NCBI GenBank assembly: GCA_034530875.2
Contig: JAVRCJ020000003.1
Location: 72,246 to 104,245, forward strand
DNA length: 32,000 nucleotides
Source of the DNA: Nostoc sp. DedSLP01
GTDB taxonomy: Bacteria > Cyanobacteriota > Cyanobacteriia > Cyanobacteriales > Nostocaceae
Direction of reading: 5' to 3'
Below, piece by piece: positions 16,746-23,625 of this stretch. The notes below the pieces were generated by a model, which did not search any database, was not told the origin of the DNA, and worked only from the letters and a program-made list of their open reading frames with translations. The stretch's first letter is position 1; each line of letters starts with the position of its first letter. The position numbers were made by a program, and so were the translations under genes.

Positions 16746-18458
16746 TTGCCCCTGAGTGGGGTGGTGGAATTTATCGGACGCGAAGAAGAATTGCAAAATC
16801 TCCACCAACTTTTGCAGGATAATAAACAAGTAGCTATAGCCGCTATTGCGGGGATGGGTGGAGTTGGTAAAACAGAACTCGCCTTGCAATATGCCATCCA
16901 GCAACGCGAGACTTACAAAGGTGGGCTTTGCTGGTTGTTACCGAAAATTGGGGATGTGGGCATTCAAGTTGTGCAGTTTGCCAGAACGCAGCTTGACTTA
17001 AACCCGCCAAAAGATTTTGATTTACTCGCTCAAGTGCAATACTGCTGGCGGCGTTGGCGTGGTGGTGAGGTGCTGCTAGTGTTGGATGATGTCAGCGACT
17101 ACGAGGAAGTTAAGCCTTACTTCCAGTCGCTACCTTCTCGGTTTAAAGTGTTGATGACTACGCGCCAGAAGTTGGGACGCATCGCACAGTTATCTTTGGA
17201 TGTGCTGCAACCAGAGGCGGCGCTGGAGTTATTAAGGTCTTTACTCAAGGAAACACCAGAGCGAATTGAGCGAGAATTAGCTTTAGCAAATCAGTTGTGT
17301 GAGTGGCTGGGATATTTGCCTTTGGGTGTGGAATTAGTGGGGCGCTATCTGGCGCGGAAACAGGATTTATCTCTAGCAGAAATGTTGCGACGGTTGCAGA
17401 ACAAGCGATTAGATGAGCGTTCCCTGTCTAAATCTAAGTCGGAAGCCGACATGACAGCACAACGAGGTGTGTTAGCAGCCTTTGAGTTGAGTTGGCAAGA
17501 ATTAGAAGACGACGATAAGCAATTGGGTTGTTTATTGAGTTTATTTGCTGCTGCACCCATACCTTGGAAGTTGGTGGAACAGTGTTTACCAGATGAAGAT
17601 GCTGAAGATTTAGAAAAAATTAGAGATGATAGTCTGCTGACTTTGCATTTACTCCAGCGCAAAAGTAAGGGAGTTTACCAACTGCATCCACTGTTGCGGG
17701 AGTTTTTCCAATATAAGCTTACAGGTTTAGAACAGGCAGAGGAATTTAAGCGATCGCTTTGTCGAGTAATGGTAACAGTTGCTAAGAAGATTCCTCAAGA
17801 CCCCACCCTTGAGCAAATTAAAGATTTCACCCTGGCAATACCTCATTTAGCAGAAGTAGCTAACAATCTTATTCAATATGTGAGTGATGATGATTTAATT
17901 TGGGCATTCGTTGGTAATGCTCGATTTTACAATGGTCAGGGATTGTATGACAAAGCAGCACCTTGGTTGAAGCAGTGTCTAGAAGTTATCAAAAAACGCT
18001 TGGGAGAAGAACATCCATCTGTCGCCACTAGCCTCAACAACCTAGCAGAACTCTACCGTTCCCAAGGCAGATACAGCGAAGCCGAACCCCTTTACATCCA
18101 AGCTTTGGCACTTAAGCGCAAGCTGCTGGGAGAAGAACATCCAGATGTTGCACTTAGCCTCAACAACCTAGCAGCACTCTACGACTCCCAAGGCAGATAT
18201 AGCGAAGCCGAACCCCTTTACATCCAAGCTTTGGCACTTAGGCGCAAGCTGCTGGGAGAAGAACATCCAGATGTTGCACTTAGCCTCAACAACCTAGCAG
18301 CACTCTACTACTCCCAAGGCAGATACAGCGAAGCTGAACCCCTTTACATCCAGGCGTTAGATATTTTTGAGCAACGGTTAGGTGCAAATCATCCTAATAC
18401 TATTACTGTGCGTCAAAATTTAGCATATTTGCGCGATCGCCTCTCCTCAGAACAGTAA
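16746..18458 (+). CDS. NB-ARC (STAND) NTPase with C-terminal TPR repeats (NLR-like); the start is uncertain and it may be the 3' part of a 716-codon gene beginning at 16308
   Basis: Readable motifs are Walker A GMGGVGKTELA, Walker B LLVLDDV, MTTRQK, a GLPL-like motif GYLPLGVELVG, and then kinesin-light-chain-type 42-aa TPRs (LNNLAxLYxSQGRYSEAEPLY). The only candidate starts are TTG 16746 and GTGs, with no SD. The first ATG lies inside the P-loop. Confidence 0.8.
   Translation: MPLSGVVEFIGREEELQNLHQLLQDNKQVAIAAIAGMGGVGKTELALQYAIQQRETYKGGLCWLLPKIGDVGIQVVQFARTQLDLNPPKDFDLLAQVQYCWRRWRGGEVLLVLDDVSDYEEVKPYFQSLPSRFKVLMTTRQKLGRIAQLSLDVLQPEAALELLRSLLKETPERIERELALANQLCEWLGYLPLGVELVGRYLARKQDLSLAEMLRRLQNKRLDERSLSKSKSEADMTAQRGVLAAFELSWQELEDDDKQLGCLLSLFAAAPIPWKLVEQCLPDEDAEDLEKIRDDSLLTLHLLQRKSKGVYQLHPLLREFFQYKLTGLEQAEEFKRSLCRVMVTVAKKIPQDPTLEQIKDFTLAIPHLAEVANNLIQYVSDDDLIWAFVGNARFYNGQGLYDKAAPWLKQCLEVIKKRLGEEHPSVATSLNNLAELYRSQGRYSEAEPLYIQALALKRKLLGEEHPDVALSLNNLAALYDSQGRYSEAEPLYIQALALRRKLLGEEHPDVALSLNNLAALYYSQGRYSEAEPLYIQALDIFEQRLGANHPNTITVRQNLAYLRDRLSSEQ
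18000..18377 (+). repeat. Three tandem 126-bp (42-codon) TPR-encoding repeats with very high nucleotide identity
   Basis: The units start at 18000, 18126 and 18252. Units 2 and 3 share a ~57-nt identical run and differ at only 3 positions over the first ~103 nt. Confidence 0.9.
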
Positions 18459-18486
18459 AATTTAAGTTCTCAACTTCATCAATCAA

Positions 18487-18717
18487 GGTTTTTTCTCCAA
18501 CGTTCGTGTTTTGAACTCAAAGTTTCCTGTTCCAAACGAGAACGTTCCCGTTTCAAGTGAGAATGTTCTTGTTCTAAACGAGAACATTCCTGTTTCAAGT
18601 GAGAATTTTCTTGTTCTAAACGAGAACGTTCCTGTTTCAAGTAAGAATGTTCTTGTTTCAAACGAGAACGTTTCTGTTTCAAGTGACAACGTTTCAGTTT
18701 CGAGCTAGTCGTTTCGC
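18487..18717. repeat. 21-nt periodic tandem array, about 11 units, consensus GTTTCAARYGAGAAYGTTCYT
   Basis: The units begin at 18487, 18508, 18529 ... 18697. Each unit carries a GAAC(G/A)TTC-type palindromic core, and neighbouring units are also inverted repeats of each other (AGAATGTTCT..AGAACATTCT). There are no unique spacers. Confidence 0.85.
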
Positions 18718-18748
18718 GTTCTGACGTGGAATGATGGTGTTGTAAAGG

Positions 18749-18875
18749 CGATCGCTCTACTTTAAAGTGTAAATCAACTGGCGATGTCTCTGACGGGCTA
18801 CGCCTACGCTTTGATGTGATTATGAATAATGGAAAGCGTAGACGCATAGCGGCTTGTCGTCAGACATCGCTTTTC
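18749..18875. repeat. Small dispersed repeat cluster to the left of the PIN cassette
   Basis: CTCTACTTTAAAGTGTAAATCAACTGGCGAT (18755-18785) recurs at 19580-19610 (29/31). GCGATGTCTCTGACGGGCTACGCCTACGC (18781-18809) is the inverted copy of 19649-19677 (27/29). A partner arm lies at 18836-18870. Confidence 0.8.
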
Positions 18876-18903
18876 TTGAGATAAAGTTGTAAAAAAAAGC
18901 TAT

Positions 18904-19344
18904 ATGACCAGGGTTTATCTAGATACCAGTATTTATAATCGTCCGTTCGATGACCAAACACAGCCAAAAATATTTCTAGAAACACAAGCTATTATCATAA
19001 TTTTACAAATGGTGGAGGCCAGATTAATAGAATTAGTTAGTTCTTCAGTTCTAGAATATGAAAATAGTCGTAACCCTTTTGTGGTAAATCAGCAATCGAT
19101 GGAGCGATATTTACAAATAGCTGTCTTGAAAGTATTAGTAGATGAAAATATTAGAGGTAGAGCAGAAGAACTAGAGCAACAAGGAATTAAACCTATCGAT
19201 GCACTTCATGTAGCGTGTGCAGAAGCTTCCCAAAGTAATTATTTTATTACTTGCGATCGCAGATTAATCAACCGCTGCCAAGATTTATCACTTTTGGTAA
19301 TCAACCCAACTAATTTTATTCTAGAGGTAGACAATGGAAATTAA
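18904..19344 (+). CDS. PIN-domain protein (VapC-like toxin candidate)
   Basis: MTRVYLDTSIYNRPFDD.. supplies the first acidic residue, and ..IKPIDALHVACAEASQSNYFITCDRRL.. supplies the conserved distal acidic residues. The product is 146 aa. Confidence 0.75.
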   Translation: MTRVYLDTSIYNRPFDDQTQPKIFLETQAIIIILQMVEARLIELVSSSVLEYENSRNPFVVNQQSMERYLQIAVLKVLVDENIRGRAEELEQQGIKPIDALHVACAEASQSNYFITCDRRLINRCQDLSLLVINPTNFILEVDNGN

Positions 19345-19558
19345 AGTGATTAACGAACAAGAAAATTTACAAGAAGTTATGCAGGTTTTACTCACTCATT
19401 TAGAACCATCGAAGGTAATGAAATTTTGGGCTGCTTGTAAACTTAGTGAAGGCGACTATTTGCAAGTTAAAGAAAAACTATTTGCTCAAGAAACAGTTAG
19501 CAGCTTATATGCCAAAATCAAAGAATATCAAGATGATAGTAAACGCGAAGTCTCTTGA
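19334..19558 (+). CDS. 74-aa partner protein (antitoxin candidate), translationally coupled to the PIN gene
   Basis: Its ATG at 19334 overlaps the PIN stop (19342-19344) by 11 nt. It is small, acidic and helical, and I recognise no family. Confidence 0.5.
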   Translation: MEIKVINEQENLQEVMQVLLTHLEPSKVMKFWAACKLSEGDYLQVKEKLFAQETVSSLYAKIKEYQDDSKREVS

Positions 19559-19559
19559 C

Positions 19560-19680
19560 TCGCCCATGCAGCGTCTACGCTCTATTTTAAAGGGTAAATC
19601 AACTGGCGATCGCTCTTAGATTATAGATAAAAAATATAAACGCGATGTGCGTAGGCGTAGCCCGTCGTAGACATCGCTTA
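19560..19680. repeat. Small dispersed repeat cluster to the right of the PIN cassette
   Basis: See 18749-18875. It holds a direct copy of the 31-mer at 19580-19610 and the GCGTAGGCGTAGCCCGTCGTAGACATCGC motif at 19649-19677. Confidence 0.8.
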
Positions 19681-19705
19681 TCTATTACACATCTGGTAAA
19701 ACGAA

Positions 19706-19736
19706 TGTAGAGACGTAGCAGTGCTACGTCTCTACA
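19706..19736. repeat. Perfect 15-bp-arm hairpin TGTAGAGACGTAGCA g TGCTACGTCTCTACA
   Basis: Read directly. It is a member of the TGTAGAGACG.. dispersed hairpin family seen at 2816-2871 and 4110-4160. Confidence 0.8.
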
Positions 19737-19762
19737 ATATTTGTCTATAACGCATTCAAATT

Positions 19763-20341
19763 ATGATAGCCTCCCCCAAACAAAACTACCTTACCCCTGA
19801 AGAATACCTCCAACTGGAGGAACAAAATTCTGTTAAACATGAATACATCAACGGCTACATCTATGCAATGGCTGGCGCACTCGATCCACACGTTACCATT
19901 GCTGGAAACCTGTTTGCTCTCCTCCGCGATCGTGTGCGCGGTTCTGGTTGTCGTGTGTACATCGCCGATATGAAAGCCCGAATTGAATCTCTAAATCGCT
20001 TTTATTATCCCGATGTCATGGTTACTTGCGACTCACGAGACCAAGAAACACCAGCGTATAAAAGATTTCCTTGTTTAATTGTCGAAGTTTTATCCAATTC
20101 TACCGAAGCCTTTGACCGAGGCGACAAGTTCGCTGATTATCAAGCACTGGAAAGTCTGCAAGAGTATGTTTTAATTAATACAAAACGTCAGCGAGTTGAG
20201 TGTTTTCGCCGCAACGATGAGGGATTGTGGGTTTTGCAATCTTACACAGCAGAAGATAAATCATTTCGGCTCAACAGTATCGATTTTCAAGAAACAATGA
20301 CAGCACTCTACGAAGATGTGGTTTTTGAACGATCGCAATGA
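19763..20341 (+). CDS. Uma2-family (DUF820) PD-(D/E)xK endonuclease
   Basis: The features ..LTPEEYLQLEE....HEYINGYIYAMAG.., ..YYPDVMVTCD.. and ..PCLIVEVLSNST...D...K...Y are the hallmark pattern of the Uma2 family, which is abundant in cyanobacteria. Confidence 0.85.
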   Translation: MIASPKQNYLTPEEYLQLEEQNSVKHEYINGYIYAMAGALDPHVTIAGNLFALLRDRVRGSGCRVYIADMKARIESLNRFYYPDVMVTCDSRDQETPAYKRFPCLIVEVLSNSTEAFDRGDKFADYQALESLQEYVLINTKRQRVECFRRNDEGLWVLQSYTAEDKSFRLNSIDFQETMTALYEDVVFERSQ

Positions 20342-20455
20342 TGATTGGGTATGCTACACAATGTTTAGTAAACTAAATATCTATTAAAAGCTTTAAGGCT
20401 TCCTAACCCGGCGGAGGCATTGAGCAAAACGGACACAATTAATTGACTCAAAGTT

Positions 20456-22303
20456 ATGGCGCTCATAGTTCAGAAATACGGTGGTACATCTGTCGGTTCA
20501 GTTGAACGCATTCAAGCTGTTGCACAGCGCGTTTACAAAACTGTCAAAGCTGGAAACTCTGTGGTTGTAGTGGTTTCGGCAATGGGCAAAACCACTGATG
20601 GACTCGTCAAGCTAGCCAATGAGATTTCGCCAAATCCTAACCGCCGGGAAATGGATATGCTGCTTTCCACCGGCGAACAAGTAACTATTGCTTTACTCAG
20701 TATGGCGTTGCAGGAACTCGGACAACCAGCAATTTCCATGACTGGCGCTCAGGTAGGAATTGTTACCGAAGCCGAATACACCCGCGCTCGCATTTTACAT
20801 ATTGAAACCACTCGCTTAACTCGCCACATAGAAGCAGGTAAAGTAGTCGTTGTAGCTGGTTTTCAAGGTATCGCTAGCACTGATGCCTTAGAAATTACCA
20901 CTTTAGGGCGCGGCGGTTCTGACACTTCCGCAGTCGCACTCGCAGCAGCATTACAAGCTAATTTTTGTGAAATTTATACAGATGTTCCCGGTATTTTAAC
21001 TACAGACCCGCGCTTAGTTCCCGAAGCTCAGTTGATGGATGCCATCACCTGCAATGAAATGCTAGAACTAGCGAGTTTGGGAGCAAAAGTCTTGCATCCC
21101 CGCGCAGTGGAAATTGCTCGTAATTATGGCGTTCCCCTGGTAGTGAAATCGAGCTGGACAGATGACCTAGGTACTTGGGTAACATCAGCTAAACCCAAAG
21201 GGCGATCGCTCGTCAACCTCGAAATCGCCCGCCCAGTTGACCATGTAGAATTTGACACCGACCAAGCAAGGGTTGCTTTGTTGCGCGTGCCAGACAAACC
21301 AGGTGTAGCAGCAAGTTTGTTTGGCGAAATTGCCCGCCAAAAAGTAGACGTAGATTTAATTATTCAGTCAATTCACGAAGGTAATAGTAATGACATCGCC
21401 TTTACTGTCACTACACCAATTTTAAAACGAGCCGAAGCAGTAGCAGCAGCGATCGCTCCAGCCTTGAGGAGCAAATCTAACCCCAAATCTGACGAAGCCG
21501 AGGTAATGATAGAGCATAACATTGCCAAAGTCAGCATCGCAGGTGCAGGGATGATTGGGCGCCCTGGTGTAGCTGCCAAGATGTTCGCCACCTTAGCCGA
21601 AGCTGGCGTCAATATACAGATGATTTCCACCAGCGAAGTCAAAGTTAGCTGCGTAGTAAATGCAGCCGAATGCGATCGCGCCGTTACTGCGCTACGTAGC
21701 GCCTTTGAAATTGAAGCAGAGGAGCAGGGGAGCATGGGAGCAGAGGAGAGTTCATCCCCTCTGCCCCTCCGCCCCTCTGCCCCTGTAGCCAGTTTTCCTC
21801 CCGTCCGTGGCGTCGCTTTGGACTTAAACCAAGCGCGTCTTGCGATTCGCCAATTACCAGATCGTCCAGGGATGGCGGCGAAGTTGTTTGGATTATTAGC
21901 GCAACATAACATTAGCGTTGATATGATTATCCAATCTCAGCGTTGCCGGGTAGTTGATGGCGTTCCTAGACGGGATATTGCCTTTACAGTCTCGCGGATG
22001 GATGCGGAAAATGCCAAACAGCTGCTTACCCAAGTAGCAGCAGAATTAGGATGGGGTGAAGTTGTTTTAGATAATGCGATCGCCAAAGTGAGTATTGTCG
22101 GTGCAGGTATGGTAGGACAACCAGGTGTTGCCGCTAAAATGTTTGAAGCATTAGCCCAACAAAAAATCAATATTCAAATGATTGCCACCTCAGAAATTAA
22201 AATTAGCTGTGTTGTAGCACAAGAACAAGGTGTTAAAGCTTTACAAGCTATTCATAGCGCCTTTGGGCTAGCTGGTAGTGAAAAATTTGTAGTACCAGCG
22301 TAA
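20456..22303 (+). CDS. lysC: Aspartate kinase, cyanobacterial long form with a duplicated ACT-pair regulatory region
   Basis: The N-terminus MALIVQKYGGTSVGSVERI.. is followed by the kinase core and then two homologous regulatory halves (..LLRVPDKPGVAASLFGEIA.. and ..IRQLPDRPGMAAKLFGLLA..). Confidence 0.95.
   Translation: MALIVQKYGGTSVGSVERIQAVAQRVYKTVKAGNSVVVVVSAMGKTTDGLVKLANEISPNPNRREMDMLLSTGEQVTIALLSMALQELGQPAISMTGAQVGIVTEAEYTRARILHIETTRLTRHIEAGKVVVVAGFQGIASTDALEITTLGRGGSDTSAVALAAALQANFCEIYTDVPGILTTDPRLVPEAQLMDAITCNEMLELASLGAKVLHPRAVEIARNYGVPLVVKSSWTDDLGTWVTSAKPKGRSLVNLEIARPVDHVEFDTDQARVALLRVPDKPGVAASLFGEIARQKVDVDLIIQSIHEGNSNDIAFTVTTPILKRAEAVAAAIAPALRSKSNPKSDEAEVMIEHNIAKVSIAGAGMIGRPGVAAKMFATLAEAGVNIQMISTSEVKVSCVVNAAECDRAVTALRSAFEIEAEEQGSMGAEESSSPLPLRPSAPVASFPPVRGVALDLNQARLAIRQLPDRPGMAAKLFGLLAQHNISVDMIIQSQRCRVVDGVPRRDIAFTVSRMDAENAKQLLTQVAAELGWGEVVLDNAIAKVSIVGAGMVGQPGVAAKMFEALAQQKINIQMIATSEIKISCVVAQEQGVKALQAIHSAFGLAGSEKFVVPA
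21716..21785. repeat. ~70-nt G-rich/C-rich imperfect palindrome inside the lysC interdomain linker
   Basis: The sequence is gcagaggagcaggggagcatgggagcagaggagag ttcat cccctctgcccctccgcccctctgcccctg. It shares the CCTCTGCCCCTCTGCCCC motif with the intergenic element at 28111-28189 and encodes ..AEEQGSMGAEESSSPLPLRPSAPV.. Confidence 0.7.
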
Positions 22304-22315
22304 GGCAATAATTTT

Positions 22316-22364
22316 GTAATTCGTAATTCGTAATTCGTAATTAAAAATTTTTAATTACGAATTA
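22316..22364. terminator. GTAATTC heptamer x3 merging into a perfect 34-bp AT-rich palindrome; bidirectional terminator candidate
   Basis: The heptamers lie at 22316-22336. The palindrome at 22331-22364 (TAATTCGTAATTAAAAA|TTTTTAATTACGAATTA) was read directly. It sits between convergent lysC and the ORF at 22384-23262. Confidence 0.6.
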
Positions 22365-22383
22365 AATAATTAATTGATTAAGT

Positions 22384-23262
22384 CTATCTATTGCCGGGAT
22401 GCCATTTTTCCATCATGGTTATTATTTCAGAAATTTGCCGATCGCCACACCAAACTAAATCAAGTTTTTTGAGTTGTTCGAGGCTGATACCGCCATCTTC
22501 GTCAGCAATTCGATAATATTCTGTATCTTCCATTGCTGCTAATAAATGTTGAAAGATAATCGTCTCATCAAACTGAGGATTTTCCTCTGGATCGTTGAGG
22601 ATTAGCATTGCTCGTTCTTGCGGTAATTCTTGCAGAGTAGTAAAAATAAACCGTGTGGGAAAGTCTACATCTTGCAATTCAGGATGACGCGAGACTAACC
22701 CAGCTACTAGCACTCCCAAGTAAGCAGCTGCTTGAGAATTACTCAATACCTGCATCTGTTGGATAGCAATCTTGGTCAAATTACTAAAAAATGCACACCC
22801 TAACTGCTGTTCGATAGCAATAATTCGATCTTCGACTAGTAAAGGTTCTACTTGTGCTGCAAATAAAGCCTGACGTTCCTGTGGCACATGACGCTGTAAA
22901 ATTTGCTTGGCGCGATCGCTTACAAGGAGTCTGCCATCAGATCCAAAGCTAAAGTCTTTGCCTGGTTCCAAACCTTCACCCAAAAGGATTTGAAAAACAT
23001 TCGTTTGGGCTTTTCCTTGCATCTGTTCGTATTGTGCTTGCCCAAGAAAAATTTGGCAAAACCAACGGTGGCTCTCAGAGTCACACTCGAGCATTACCTC
23101 GTTAACAATCAAATTAGTTAACTTTTCTGCTCCCACAACTCTTTGCCAATGTACAATCAGGCTACTAATAGCATCAATGTCACGACGACTCAGCGCGTTG
23201 AGCAATTGGCGCTTTGCAGTAGCTAGTCGATCTTTGTTTTGCCTAAATCTCTTGATTTTCAA
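22384..23262 (-). CDS. Hypothetical protein, up to ~292 aa, start uncertain
   Basis: This is a long open frame with ordinary composition. The track start is a TTG, and the first ATG is 56 codons further in. I recognise no motif. Confidence 0.5.
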   Translation of the reverse strand: MKIKRFRQNKDRLATAKRQLLNALSRRDIDAISSLIVHWQRVVGAEKLTNLIVNEVMLECDSESHRWFCQIFLGQAQYEQMQGKAQTNVFQILLGEGLEPGKDFSFGSDGRLLVSDRAKQILQRHVPQERQALFAAQVEPLLVEDRIIAIEQQLGCAFFSNLTKIAIQQMQVLSNSQAAAYLGVLVAGLVSRHPELQDVDFPTRFIFTTLQELPQERAMLILNDPEENPQFDETIIFQHLLAAMEDTEYYRIADEDGGISLEQLKKLDLVWCGDRQISEIITMMEKWHPGNR

Positions 23263-23625
23263 GCTTCTAGATGAGGTTATATTTCACCAATGCGCTATTT
23301 TTTAGCGCATTTCGGGATCGGCTGTCATGGGTGAGATTGCTGAAGAATAAAGATTAAAAGAACCAGTTAATACACTCACTTTTCGCTTATAGTCTCTTTT
23401 GATGCAAAAATATTACTTAAATCTGGTAGTATTTAACCGTATAAATTCAGTAACATTTTGCTAAAAAAGAAAAATACTAGTAGCAATATTAGTATTGGTT
23501 AATCAATCAAATTTTATATATACAAGTTTTGGGTTCGTTATTTTCTTTTACAAAGGTTTTTTATTTTAAAATAACCAGTAATAATACGTATACTAAAATC
23601 AAATAAAATATGAAAATTGATATTA

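Noticed and set aside
18487-18717. Possible CRISPR array.
   Set aside because: The units are contiguous at 21 nt with no unique spacers, and they are far shorter than CRISPR repeat-spacer periods. No cas genes are in the window.
18479-18847. Three track ORFs (18479..18847-, 18483..18689-, 18511..18708+) that could encode heptad-repeat peptides.
   Set aside because: They are open only because the 21-nt unit lacks stop codons in those frames. Two of them start at TTG. The third starts inside a dispersed hairpin repeat. No SD is present, and three mutually overlapping frames cannot all be genes. I kept the region as a repeat-array finding rather than a CDS.
20342-20455. A lysine riboswitch or other leader upstream of lysC.
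   Set aside because: The leader is only 114 nt, and I could not find the conserved L-box helices or any extended structure.
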